Assembly: GCA_030390025.1 (NCBI GenBank) | Contig: CM059432.1 | Coordinates: 27,716,001-27,780,000, forward strand | Origin: Squalus acanthias | Lineage: Eukaryota | DNA: 64,000 nucleotides | Reading direction: 5' to 3' | In this document: piece after piece, positions 1-12,164 of the stretch | Position numbering within the stretch: position 1 is the first letter of the stretch | Layout: each line of letters opens with the position of its first letter | The notes under the pieces: generated by a model | Databases searched by the model: none | Told to the model about the DNA's origin: nothing | Seen by the model: the letters and a program-made list of their open reading frames with translations, nothing else | Program-made: the position numbers and the translations under genes

Positions 1-1329
1 GATCTCCTGAGGTATTGCATGCAATAAATCCTGGATCTACAGCATGGTTGTTAGTTTTAGCATGGCTACATGCTGAACCTCACAAGCTGGGAGTAGATCA
101 CAGCAGGGACAGCGGTGTGGGGGCACGCTCAGCAGAGGACAGGAAGCCACAAAATGAAGCTAGGCAAGGCCGTGAAGTGAATCTGCACAGGTGCAGGGAA
201 ATGGGACTAATAATATTGGTTTGTGCACCTGCGACTTGCCACATGTTAAGTTCTTGATTTTGGCCATACTGTCATGGGAGGGCACTGAGCAGAGAGGCCA
301 GCGAGAAGGAAAATAAAATTGGAAAAAGACTCATTCTCCCCCAAGCTTCAGCTTCCTACTAACTGGCTGCAGCCCGGGGATAAGGTACCATTTAGCCTAC
401 ATAACAACAGGCTACAGCGGAAGACAACAGCGCTAATGATAAATATCTCAGTAACTTGACCTCAGTGGCTAGTACAACTCTTCAGGCTTTTGAATGATCG
501 AAAGATCACTGAACCCATGAAAATGTGCGCCTGTAATGCCATTTGGTCTTGAGTTCTCCCGCTTTACATAACAGAGTATAGTGCCCTGTGGAAGTTATTG
601 TGCATCTACAATCATTGGCACTTACTAAATGTAAAAGCTCCTTTAGAGATTTTGCACTAGATTACCTCATTCAAATTATCCTGAACCCTGATGCATGCTC
701 CAGCACCCCAACTGAACAGCAATAGTTAATTTTGTATCTCAGTTTCTGCATGGAAACGACAGACTGCTGTTTGAGGTTGTCCAATGGTAGCATTGTGTAT
801 GCATCTGTCTGGACGTGTGTGAGATGGAGAGGAAAAGGAGACTGAGTGAATTTTGAATACATACGGGGAAAAAAAACTTGATCTAAGTTTGTTTTAAATG
901 TCATCTTTACCAACAATGTGCATTCTTACCAATCATGTTTTATGATTCTGAGATCCTCTGATTTGTGGTTGGACAGGTATGCACAACAAATGAAGTAAAC
1001 TCCCAAAATTACGGCAAGTTATGAAATCTTACATCATCTGATGGGCAGTTACTCATAGTTATATGTAATTTCATCTTGTGGGCAGATATTCATAGTCATA
1101 GTACGTGAGTTCAGTCACATCTCCAGGGAGCCTAGCAGCAGTGCAATTGCATCTACATTGCAGAACATGCTGAAAGAGTGAGCAGGCCAGGTATATTGAA
1201 ACAGTAAGCTAGCTATCCATTTGCTTTGCTACTTTTGCTGTTTGTAGGTGCAGCATATGGTAAATTAGAACTGCCATATCGTAAAAATGCTGTTATACAA
1301 GCCCATTTTATAGATTGAGTCTTGTCATT

Positions 1330-1835
1330 AAAAATGTGTTGAGTTGATCTCAGTTGGGACAAAGATGGAGGTGCTACACTTGGCTTCAATGCCCTGGATT
1401 AGGGAGGGGAATAAATTGGCCAAAGGTTGCTATTCCTGATCACCTAAAAGATCTTCTACCTAAAAGTGCTCATGTGTGGATTCAACTGACAACACGATAG
1501 GCCTCAGCTGTATCCACCCTATACTTAAATAGACTAAAGACATTCAGTATCTGTGAAGAGTAACCACTTAGGTGAGGTTCCTGAAGACAACTACAATAAC
1601 AACATGTATTTATATACTACCTTTAACGTGGTAAAACGTTCCAAGGCACTTCTCAGGAGCGTTACCAAACAAAATTTGATACCGAGCCACATAAGGAGAT
1701 ATTAGGACAGGTAACCAAAAGCTTGGCCAAAGAGGTAGGTTTTAAGGAGCATGTTAAAGGAAGAGAGAGAGGTAGAGAGGCACTAGTGCCTGTGTAACTA
1801 TACTCTAGCAGGAGTCAGCATCAGGAGAGGAGAGG
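1330..1835 (+). mobile_element. Degraded unclassified SINE-like repeat, interrupted by an L2 3' fragment
   Basis: Related sequence recurs reverse-complemented at ~58140-58300 (e.g. GAAGAGTAACCACTTAGGTGAGGT vs ACTTTGCCCACGTGGCTATTCTTC). No ORF. Confidence 0.4.
1595..1780 (-). mobile_element. L2 LINE 3' end fragment
   Basis: Near-identical to 30389-30575 (GAGCCACATAAGGAGATATT...AAAGAGGTAGGTTTTAAGGAGCAT), the 3' end of the L2 copy. Confidence 0.75.
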
Positions 1836-1839
1836 AAAC

Positions 1840-1970
1840 AAATTGACCCTTAGTGTTAGGGGGGATTAAATATGTGGGGTTACGGGGATAGGATGGGATA
1901 TGTTAGGGGGAATTAAATACGTGGGGTTACGGGGATAGGGTGGGATATGTGTCGGTGCAGGCTCGATGGG
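1840..1970 (+). mobile_element. HE1/V-SINE-like 3' fragment with an internal 2 x 47-bp tandem duplication (1854-1900, 1901-1947)
   Basis: AAATTGACCCTTAGTGT...GGTGCAGGCTCGATGGG resembles the elasmobranch HE1 body (from memory). The direct repeat is seen in the sequence. Confidence 0.5.
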
Positions 1971-1978
1971 GATTCTGT

Positions 1979-2114
1979 GTGAGAAAGCAGGGACAGGGTA
2001 CTGGATTTGGATGATCAGCCATGATCGTATTGAATGGTGGAGCAGGCTCGACGGGCCGAATGGCCTACTCCTGCTCCTAGTTTCTATGTTTCTATCTATG
2101 TTTCTATGTTTCTA
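1979..2114 (+). mobile_element. CR1 LINE 3' tail
   Basis: GATCAGCCATGATC...GGCCTACTCCTGCTCCT stem-loop region plus (TTTCTATG)n terminal repeat, shared with the long CR1 copies. Confidence 0.9.
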
Positions 2115-2274
2115 AATGGAAAAGTGAGTTTTAAGCATTTTTTCTTCTTGTTTGGGGTGACAGAAGAATCAGAAGAGACATTCACATCACTTCTGTCAGT
2201 TATAAGTGATGTGATGATCCTTTTTGACCCATTAGAAGCAACAAAGGTTGCCAAGGTTTTTCCTTAAATACAGT

Positions 2275-3167
2275 GGGGGAAAAATTCAGTTGGTTGTGCC
2301 TCCCGTTAGCGCCTTAAGAGGGCGCTAATGGGGCGCAAAGCATCTAGTGCCCAGGCGCGGCGATGTTTGCTCCGCTCGCGAAATTAACTAGACATTTTGC
2401 GGCGGCGCTAAACACTACCGCTACGATCTCCTGCGCCGGCAGATCGTGACGTCAGTCGAGTGCGCAACGCCCCGGTATCGTCCCGGAGCAGATATTGAGT
2501 GGCGCCCCCTGCCTTACTGCCTGACGCTAGCAACGACAGGTTGAGGGGAGCGTTTTGCAGTCATGAAGGGACTGGGGGAGCGCTATTTAAAGGTGACCAC
2601 TTCCTGCCTTTTATTGTTGGTGCCATTTTTGAACCACGCATTCTGAGAGAGAGAGAGAGAGACTTCTGGAGAGATTCAACGCTGTGTGAAGGAGTTTTGG
2701 GTACTGAGCAGCACTTTGCAGGTTCATTTTGATTTGCCATTCCTTGTATCGATTTAGAAGAGACTGTTGGGGCTGCACTCTAAGCTCTTTCCCTGGTACT
2801 CTCCATTGTTCTTTCCAGCAGATTTGATGTGCAGGTCTCTCCAGGCCGGGATTCAAGGCTGCAATGAGCAGGATGTGGATGGAAAGCAAGATCAACCATC
2901 CCCTTTAAGAACTGGCCGGTGCCATTGTGTGTGTGTTCCATTGCTGACTGACATTACATGAGCTTCGCCAGTGCTCTGAGGTAGCGCCTCGCTCCTCGGC
3001 CTTTGCGCCTTAAGACAGATGTGAAGCACCTGATTTAGTGCTCCAATCACCTCCAGGGGCGATAAAAGTCAAGTTTGCAGTCGGTGGCGATAATTAGCGC
3101 CAGGCGCTAATCTTTGCGCCCGGCCGATAATTGCGCCCCAAATGGGGTGATATTGAATTTCTCCCCC
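2275..3167. mobile_element. PIF/Harbinger-type MITE, family A
   Basis: 14-bp TIR GGGGGAAAAATTCA / TGAATTTCTCCCCC and 3-bp TSD AGT. GC/CpG-rich; second copy at 45805-46648. Confidence 0.85.
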
Positions 3168-3314
3168 AGTGTCTCTTTAAAGGAATTACATATTTAAATG
3201 ATCAATTTAATGTACCTTCACTCCTCAGGATGGTATACAAATAGAATCACAGAATTAAACAACACATTATTAGTAGATCTTCCAAGGCGCTGTCGACAGA
3301 AGCAGCACTAAGCA

Positions 3315-3617
3315 GTTGGAACAGATTGACCAGGTTGCATGAACTTGGTTTGTATTCTCTTGAGGATAGAAGATTGAGGGGTAATCTAATTGAGGTGTTT
3401 AAAATCAAAAAAGGATTCAATAGGGTAGACAAGGAGAAACTATTTCCTCGGGTGAAGAAATCCAGTGGGCATAATCTTTAAAATAGAACCAGGCCATTCA
3501 GGAGTGAAATCAGGAAGCACTTTTTCACGTAAATGTTAGTGGAAATCTGGAACTCCCGACCCAAAAAGCTGTGGATGCTGCTGGGTCAATTGAAACTTTT
3601 AAAACAGATATCGGTAG
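3315..3617 (+). mobile_element. Degraded CR1 ORF2 3' fragment
   Basis: Encodes LGLYSLE.RRLRG.LIEVFKI-like CR1 C-terminal motif. Confidence 0.8.
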
Positions 3618-3727
3618 ACCTGAAATGTTAACTCTGTTTCTGTCTCAACAGATGTTACCTGACCTGCTGAATGTTTCCAGCATTTTCTATTTTTAATTCA
3701 GATATAATACAACATATTTTGCTTTTG
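3618..3727 (+). mobile_element. Penelope-like element pLTR remnant
   Basis: CCTGAAATGTTAACTCTGTTTCT...TTTCCAGCATTTTCT recurs at 30306-30388, and reversed at ~16050, ~17860 and ~34595. Family assignment from recollection of shark PLE ends. Confidence 0.6.
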
Positions 3728-3967
3728 TCGATAGATTGAGAAACTAATGGGACTAAAAGCCAACAAATCCCACGGACTGAATGGCCTACATCCCAGGGGT
3801 CTAAAGAGGTGGCTGCAGAGATAGTGGATGCATTGGTTGTGATCTTCCAAATTCCCTAGATTCTAGAATGGTCCCAGTGGATTGGAAGGTCGCAAAAGTA
3901 ACACCGCTATTCAAGAAAGGAGGGAGAGAGAAAACAGGAAACTACAGGCCAGTTAGCCTGACATCAG

Positions 3968-6400
3968 TTTTTTTGAAATTCGCTTATGGGATCTGGGCAT
4001 CGCTGGCAATGCCAGCATTTATTGCCCATCCCTAGTTGCCCTTGAGAAGGTGGTGGTGAGTCGCCTTCTTCAACCTGAACAACTGAAGAACAACAAGGCC
4101 TCAGGAGCAGATGGAATTCCCAACGAGGCGCTAAAACATGGCGGAGAAGCACTATTGGCGTGAATACATGAAATGAACTCATTTCTCTTATTTGGAAGGA
4201 GGAGAGCATGCCAGGGGATCTCAGAGACGCCGTAATCGTGACCATCTTCAAGAAAGGTGACAAGTCCGATTGCGGTAATTACAGAGGAGTCTCCCTGCTG
4301 TCTGCCACAGGTAAAGTCATCACAAGAATCCTCCTCAATTGCCTTCACCCAGTGGCTGAAGAGCTCCTCCCAGAGTCGCAATGCAGATTCCACCCACTAA
4401 GGGGCACAATGGACATGATCTTCACCGCGCGTCAACTACAAGAGAAATGCAGGGAACAGCACCAACCGCTGCACATGGCCTTCTTTGATCTCACAAAGGC
4501 CTTCGACACCATCAACCATGAGGGATTATAGAGTGTCCTCCTCAAATTCGGCTGCCCTGAAAAGTTTGCCACCATCCTCCGCCTGCTTCACGACGACATG
4601 CAAGCCGTGATCCTGACCAACTAATTCACCACAGACCCAATTCACGTACGGACCAGGGTCAAGCAAGGCTGTGTCATCGCACCAAAGCTCTTCTCGATCT
4701 TCCTGGCTGCCATGCTCCATCTCACCCTCAGTAAGCTCCCCGCTGGAGTGGAGCTAATCCAAAGAACAAATGGGAAACTGTTCAACCTCCGTCGCCTCCA
4801 GTCCAGATCCAAGGTCGTCCCATCCTCTGTCATCGAATTACAGTATGCAGACGATGCTTGCGTCTGCGCACACTCTGAGGCCGAACTCCAAACCATCGTC
4901 AACACCTTCACCGAGAGCATAGGCCTTACACTAAACATCCGTAAGACAAAGGTCCTCTACCAACCTGCCCCCGCCACACAGTACTGCTCCTCGATTATCA
5001 AAATCCATGACGAGGCCTTGGACAATGTGGACCACTTTCCATACCTCGGGAGCCTACTGTCAACAAGGGCAGACATCGATGACGAAGTCCAACACTGCCT
5101 TCAGTGTGCCAGTGCAGCCTTCGGTCGCCTGAGGAAGAGAGTGTTTGAAGACCAGAACCGTAAACCCAGCACCAAGCTCATGGACTACAGAGCAGTAGTG
5201 ATACCCGCCCTCCTGTATGCTTCAGAGAGATGGACCATGTACAGCAGGCACCTCAAAGCACTGGAGAGGTAACACCAACGCTGCCTCCGCAAGATCCTGC
5301 AAATTCATTGGCAGGATAGGCGCACCAACATCAGTGTTCTCGCTCAGGCCAACATCCCCATCATTGAAGCTTTGACCATGCTTGATCAGCTCCGATGGAC
5401 GGGCCACATCATCCGCATGCCCGATACGAGACTCCCAAAACAAGCGCCCTACTCGGAGCTCCGAAATGGCAAGAGAGCCCCAGGTGGGCAGAGGAAATGC
5501 TTCAAGGACCCCCTCAAAGCCTCCTCGAAAAAGTGCAACATCCCCACCGACACCTGGGAATCCCTGGCCCAAGACCGCACAAAGTGGAGGAGAAGCATCC
5601 GGGAAGGCGCCGAACACCTCGAGTCTCTTCACCGGGAGCAAGCGGAAGCCAAGCGCAAATAGCGGAAGGAGCGCACGTCAACCCAAGCACCCCACCCACC
5701 CGCCCCTTCAACCACCGTCTGCCCCACCTGTGACAGAGACTGTAGGTCCCGCATTGGACTCATCAGTCACCTGAGAACTCATTTTTAGTGTGGAAGCAAG
5801 TCATCCTCGGTTCCGAGGGACTGCCTAAGAGAAGAAGGTGGTGAGCCACCTTTTTGAACTGCTGCAGTCCATGTGGTGAAGCTACTCCCACAGTGCTGTT
5901 AAGTAGGGAGTTCCAGGATTTTGACCCAGCGACGATGAAGGATCGGTGATGTACTTCTAAGTCAGGATGGTGTGTGACTTGGAGGGGAACTTGGAGGTGC
6001 TGGTGTTCCCATGCACCTGCTGCCCTTGTCCTTCTAGATGGAAGAGGTCGCAGGTTTGGGAGGTGCTGCCGAAGAAGCCTTGGCGAGTTGCTGCAGTGTA
6101 TCTTGTAGATGGTACACACTGCAGCCACGGTACACCGGTGGTGGAGGGAGTGAATGTTTAAGGTGCTGGATGGGGTGCCAATCAAGCGAGCTGCTTTGTC
6201 CTGGATGGTGTCGAGCTTCTTGAGTGTTGTTGGAGCTGCACTCATCCAGGCAAGTGGAGAGTATTCCATCACACTTCTGACTTGTGCTGTTGGAGATGGT
6301 GGAAAGGCTTTGGGGAGTCAGGAGATGAGACACTCGCCACAGAATGCCTAGCCTCTGACCTGCTCTTGTTGCCACAGTATTTATGTGGCTGGTCCAGTTA
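3968..6400 (-). mobile_element. CR1-group LINE (clade unresolved; 'family X') 3' fragment, interrupted by RTE
   Basis: ORF 5763-6272 MEYSPLAWMSAAPTTLKKLDTIQDKAARLIG. Tail GGGATGGGCAATAAATGCTGG at ~3990-4035. Same family at 31955, 44080, 48662 and 61250. Confidence 0.85.
4071..5836 (+). mobile_element. 5'-truncated RTE (BovB-like) LINE, disrupted RT
   Basis: ORFs with FKKGDKSDCGNYRGVSLLS, LLPESQC.F, FFDLTKAFD, QYADDA and RLPKQ..YSEL..GKR..GGQRK. (GAA)n tail; ~19-bp diverged TSD at 4052-4070/5837-5855. Confidence 0.92.
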
Positions 6401-7074
6401 AGTTGTCGGTAAAATGCTGGAATCCATTATTAAGGAAGTGGTAACAGGGCAAGTAGAAAACCATAATATGCGGTCTGCACAGAGTGGGATTAAACGGAGT
6501 GGACTTGAACAGAGTGATTTGTTTGGGAATTTGGAAAGAGTGGGAATTCAGAGAAATGGGGGAAGGAGTTGTTGCTTTTTGCCTACACTACTTGTAGTGC
6601 TTTGTGTTACAGGTAGATATTTAATTTCAGTACCCTTAACTTAATCTAGATCAAGTAAGTAGTCAGGAAACTACACTGTAAACAAAGTGACCTAATTACA
6701 AATTGTGACCCCAGACATTGCAGTAAGTGCCTGCATCTTGAGGAACTTCAGCTCAAAGTTTTTGAGCTGGAGTCTGAGGTGCAGACAATGCGGGGCATCA
6801 GGGATGGGGAGAGTTAGCTGGACACTTTGATCCAGGAGGCAGTCACACCCCTTAGGTTAGGTAGTGGTACAGGTCTGGTTAGTGGTCAGGGACAGGAGGG
6901 TGTGACTGCAATTCAGGCAGGTAAGGGGACCCCAGGTGCAGTGCTGGATGAGCCTCAACCTTTGCCCTTGTCCAACAGGTATGAGGTTCTTGTTGCTTGT
7001 GTGGATGAGGGAAAAGCCTGTAGGATGGATGAACAGGCTGACCATGGCACGATGGTACAGGAGGTCGTTCAAGT

Positions 7075-7599
7075 GTGGGGAGTGAAAGGGAATGTAGTTG
7101 TGGTAGAGGATGTATAGTCAGGGGGATAGATACTGTTCTCTGCAGCCGCGACCAAGAGTTCCAAAGGTTGTGTTGCCTGCCCGGTGCCAGGGTTAAAGAC
7201 ATCTCCTCACGGCTGGAGAAGAACTTGGAGTGGGAGGGGGTGGATCCAGTTGTCATGGTCCACGTAGGAACCAATGACATAGGTAGAACTAGGAATGAGG
7301 TTCTGCTGAGGGAGTTTGAGGAGCTAGGATTCAAATTAAAAAGCAGAACCTCAAAGGTAATAATCTCTGGATTGTTACCTGAGCCACGCGCAAATTGGCA
7401 TAGGGGCAAACAGATTAGAGGTTTAAATGCGAGGCTCAAAGAGTGGTGTGGGAGGAAGGGGTTTCAGTTCATTGGGCACTGGTACCAGTACTGGGGAAAG
7501 TTGGAGTTGTTCCGTTGGGATGGGCTCCACTTAAACCGGGCTGGGACCAGTGTCCTGGCAAACAGAATAACTAGTGCAGTAGACAGGGCTTTAAACTAA
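7075..7599 (+). pseudogene. CR1 ORF1 SGNH/esterase domain (frameshifted from upstream ORF1 part 6827-7117)
   Basis: CCLPGARVKD, VVMVHVGTND and DGLHLNRAG SGNH blocks; upstream LPLSNRYEVL motif typical of CR1 ORF1. Confidence 0.88.
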
Positions 7600-7748
7600 T
7601 GAAGCAGGGATGGAAGGATTCAGGAAAGAGTAAATTTAAAAGCAGCGAGAGAAATGTCAAGGCTCTAGAGCAGAGTAGAGTTTAAGGTAAAAATAAGCAG
7701 AGTGAGTCAGGAAGGGGCAGAGAGAGTAACAAAGGGAATAAGGCATCA

Positions 7749-8591
7749 GTGACTAAGGTGACATCAGGGAAAAAGAGAAATAAGTCAAAGCTAAAGGCAC
7801 TATATCTGAATGCACGAAGCATTCGCAACAAAATAGATGATTTAATAGCGCAGATAGAAATTAACAGGTTTGATCTAATAGCCATAACGGAGACGTGGTT
7901 GCAAAGTGGCCAAGGTTGGGAACTAAATATTCCAGGATACATAACTTTTAGAAGGGATAGGCAAAATGGAAAAGGAGGAGGGGTAGCCCTGATAATAAAG
8001 AATGGGATAAAGACACTAGAGAGAAAGGAGCTTAGCTCCAAAAATCAAGAAGTAGAATCAGTTTGGGTGGAGCTAAGAAACAACAAGGGGCAGAAAACAT
8101 TGGTGGGAGTTGTTTATAGTCCCCCAAATAGTAGTTGTAATGTAGGGCAGAGTATAAATCAGGAAATTAGAGGCACATGTAACAAGGGTAATACAGTAAT
8201 CATGGGAGACTTTAATCTACATATAGACTGGGCAAACCAAATTTGCAGTAATAGTGTGGAGGACAAATTCATAGAATGTATGCAAGATAGTTTTCTAGAT
8301 CAGTATGTTGAGGAATCAATTAGGGAACAGGCTATTTTAGATCTAGTATTGTGCAACGAGAAAGGGTTAATTAATAACCTTGTAGTAAAGGGGACTTTAG
8401 GGAAGAGTGACCACAATATGATAGAATTTTATACTGAGTTTGAAAGTGACTTAGTTAAATCCGAAACTAGGGTCTTAAATCTAAACAAAGCAAACTACGT
8501 AGGTATGAGTGGCGAGTTGGCTAAGGTAGATTGGGAAACTACATTAAAAGGTAGAACAGTGGACGAGCAATGGCTAGCATTTAAAGAATGA
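7749..8591 (+). pseudogene. CR1 ORF2 AP-like endonuclease domain
   Basis: YLNARSIRNK, IAITETWL, RRDR..GKGGGVAL, IMGDFN, LDLVL and SDHN motifs; premature stop at 8591. Confidence 0.92.
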
Positions 8592-8794
8592 ATACATAAT
8601 TTACAACAAATATACATTCCTTTAAGGCACAAAAACCCCACAGGAAAAGTGGTCCAACTGTGGCTAACAAGAGAAGTTAAAGATAGTATTAGATCAAAGG
8701 AAGAGGCTTATAATGCTGCCAAAAAGAGTAGTAAGCCTGAGGATGTGGGGCCCTTACAGGCTAAGACAGGAGAAATTATAATGGGAATAAGGAA

Positions 8795-9703
8795 ATGGCA
8801 GAGAAATTAAACAAATACTTTGTGTCTGTCTTCACGGAAGAAGACGCAAACAACTTCCTGGAAATAGTGGACAACCAAGGGTCTAGCGAGAATGAGGAAC
8901 TGAAAGATATTAATATTAGTAAAAAAGCAGTACTGGAGAAATTAATGAGACTGAAAGCCAATAAATCCCCTGGACCTGATGGCCTACATCCTAGGGTTTT
9001 GAAAGAGTTGGCTATAGAGATAGTGGATTTATTGGTTGTCATTTTCCAAAATTCCATAGATTCTAGAACGGTTCCCGCAGATTGGAAGGTAGCAAATGTA
9101 ACCCCACTATTTAAGAAAGAAGGGAGAGAGAAAACGTTGAACTACAGACCAGTTAGCCTGACATCAGTAGTAGGGAAAATGCTGGAATCTATTATTAAGG
9201 ATGTGGTAACAGGTCACTTAAAAAATAATAATAGGATTGGGCAGAGTCAACACGGATTTATGAAAGGGAAATCGTGTTTGACAAATCTATTAGAGTTTTT
9301 TGAGGTTGCAACTAGTAGAATAGATAAGGGGGAACCAGTGGATGTGGTGTATTTGGATTTTCAGAAGGCATTCAATAAGGTGCCACACAAGAGGTTATTA
9401 AACAAAATTAGGGCTCATGGGATTGGGGGTAATATACTAGCATGGATTGAGGATTGATTAATGGACAGAAAACAGAGAGTAGGAATAAACGGGTCATTTT
9501 CGGGTTGGCAGGCTGTAACTAGTGGGGTACCGCAAGGATCAGTGCTTGGGCCTCAGCTATTCACAATCTACATCAATGATTTGGATGAGGGGACCAAATG
9601 TAATTTATCCAAGTTTGCTGATGATACAAAACTGGGTGGGAATGTAACTTGTGAGGAGGATGCAAAGATGCTTCAAAGGGATATAGACAGGCTAAGTGAG
9701 TGA
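8795..9703 (+). pseudogene. CR1 ORF2 reverse transcriptase domain (internal stop at 9455-9457)
   Basis: [42 protein letters not shown] and KFADDTKL motifs. Confidence 0.93.
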
Positions 9704-9870
9704 GCAAGAACATGGCAAATGGAATATAATGTGGAGAAATGTGAAGTTATCCACTTTGGTAGGAAAAATAGAAAAGAAGTGTATTTTTTAAATGGTGAGA
9801 GATTGGGAAATGTTGGTGTTCAGAGGGACTTGGGTGTCCTTGTACATGGATCACTGAAAGTTAACACACA

Positions 9871-10498
9871 GGTACCCAACTAGTTACAGCCTGCCAACCC
9901 GAAAATGACCCGTTTATTCCTACTCTCTGTTTTCTGTCCGTTAATCAATCCTCAATCCATGCTAGTATATTACCCCCAATCCCATGAGCCCTAATTTTGT
10001 TTGATAACCTCTTGTGTGGCACCTTATTGAATGCCTTCTGAAAATCCAAATACACCACATCCACTGGTTCCCCCTTATCTATTCTACTAGTTGCAACCTC
10101 AAAAAACTCTAATAGATTTGTCAAACACGATTTCCCTTTCATAAATCCGTGTTGACTCTGCCCAATCCTATTATTATTTTTTAAGTGACCTGTTACCACA
10201 TCCTTAATAATAGATTCCAGCATTTTCCCTACTACTGATGTCAGGCTAACTGGTCTGTAGTTCAACGTTTTCTCTCTCCCTTCTTTCTTAAATAGTGGGG
10301 TTACATTTGCTACCTTCCAATCTGCGGGAACCATTCTAGAATCTATGGAATTTTGGAAAATGACAACCAATAAATCCACTATCTCTATAGCCAACTCTTT
10401 CAAAACCCTAGGATGTAGGCCATCAGGTCCAGGGGATTTATTGGCTTTCAGTCTCATTAATTTCTCCAGTACTACTTTTTTACTAATATTAATATCTT
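9871..10498 (-). repeat. 628-bp inverted duplication of 8904-9531
   Basis: Reverse complement matches with about five differences seen by eye; ORF 9945-10457 duplicates the RT ORF, including the same stop. Confidence 0.93.
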
Positions 10499-12164
10499 AA
10501 TGGTATGTTGGCCTTTATTACAAGAGGATTTGAGTATAAGAGTAAAGACGTCTTACTGCAATTATATCGGGCCCTGGTGAGACCATACCTGGAGTATTGT
10601 GTACAGTTTTGGTCTCCTTACCTAAGGAAGGATATACTTGCCATAGAGGGAGTGCAACGAAGGTTCACCAGACTGGTTCCTGGGTTGGGGGGATTGTCCT
10701 TTGAGGACAGATTGAGTAGACTTGGCCTATATTCTCTAGAGTTTAGAAGAATGAGAGGTGATCTCATTAAAACATACAAAATTCTTACAGGGCTTGACAG
10801 GGTAGATGCAGATAGGATGTTTCCCCTGGCTGGGGAGTCTAGAACCAGGGGTCACAGTCTCAGAATAAGGGATCAGGCCATTTAGGACTGAGATGAGGAG
10901 AAATTTCTTCACTCAGAGGGTGGTGAATCTTTGGAATTCTCTACCCCAGAGGGCTGTGGAGGCTCAGTCATCGAGTATATTCAAGACAGAGAGCGATAGA
11001 TTTTTGAATATTAAGGGAATCAAGGGATATGCGGATAGTTCAGGAAAGTGGAGATGAGGTAGAAGATCAGCCATGATCTTATTGAATGGTAGAGCAGGCT
11101 CGAAGGGCCAAATGGCCTACTCCTGCTCCTATTTCTTATGTTCTTATAATATGATTAGGCAGAGTCAACATGGTTTTATGAAAGGGAAATCGTGTTTACC
11201 AAATTTTTTAGAGTTTTTTGAGGATGTAACTAGCAGGGTAGATAAAGGGGAACCAGTGGATATAGTATATTTGGATTTCCAAAAGGCATTCGATAAGGCG
11301 CCACATAAAAGGTTGTTACGCAAGTTAAGGGTTCATGGGGTTGCGGGTAATATCTTAACATGGATAGGGGATTGGTTAACGGACAGAGTAGGAATAAACG
11401 GGTCATTTTCAGTTTGGCTGGCTGTAACTAGTGGGGTGCCACAAGGATCAGTGCTTGGGCCTCAGCTATTTACAATCTATATTAATGACTTAGATGAAGG
11501 GACCAAGTGTAAATGTATCCAAGTTTGCTGACGATACAAAGCTAGGTGGGAAAGTAAGCTGTGAGGAGGACACGAAGAGCCTGAAAAGGGATGTAGACGG
11601 GTTCATAGAAGTGGGCAATAAGGTGGCAGATGGAGTATAATGTCGGGAAATGTAAGGTTATTCACTTTGATAGGAAGAATAGAAAAACAGAATATTTTTT
11701 AAATGGTGAGAAACTATCAAATGTTGGTGTTCAGAGAGAATTTTGAACAGTCGCTGGATCCGTTGGTTTTCCATTCCATTTGCATAGTGTCTGAAAGCCC
11801 GATTGGGGGGCCAGGCACATCTTCCATCCATGCCCCCATGTCCTAGCAGCAAATTAGAGGCTTTTCTGAGGGCGTTCCGAGGCTAACTGAGAAATCCGTT
11901 CAGCTCACCCAGATCCACACCAAAGGCGAGGAAAATGGCATTTTCTGAAGGAGCGAAAGCAGAGATTTCTCCATGGATGAACGGTGAGGACTGTCAAGAG
12001 ATGAGATTGGTAAGGGAGAAAAAAAAATGGTCAGGGATTACCGACGCAAATTCTTTCTTTACCTTTACAGTGATTGAGACCTCAGGTGCAGAAACGCCAA
12101 GAGTGATGTAAAGGTTGATGGGCTGCCCAAGGTTATGGGTGGGGGAGTTCATATTACGTACAAT

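Larger units (their letters stand above)
6471..11145 (+). mobile_element. Near full-length CR1 LINE (ORF1 esterase + ORF2 APE-RT), with an internal deletion near 8745 and an inverted duplication
   Basis: 8-bp TSD ATAATATG at 6463-6470 and 11146-11153. ORF1 and ORF2 remnants in order; CR1 3' tail at 11065-11145. Confidence 0.93.
3735..11735 (+). mobile_element. Older host CR1 RT fragment split into three pieces (3735-3968, 6400-6470, 11146-11735) by later insertions
   Basis: Pieces rejoin collinearly: [23 protein letters not shown]...[17 protein letters not shown]...YINDLDEG. Confidence 0.85.

Noticed and set aside
7075..7599. SGNH hydrolase as a host or captured gene
   Set aside because: It lies in the ORF1 position of a TSD-bounded CR1; esterase ORF1 is established for CR1.
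11735..11975. Possible MITE relics here and at ~13185-13500
   Set aside because: GC-richer with terminus-like words, but TIR/TSD are too degraded to call.
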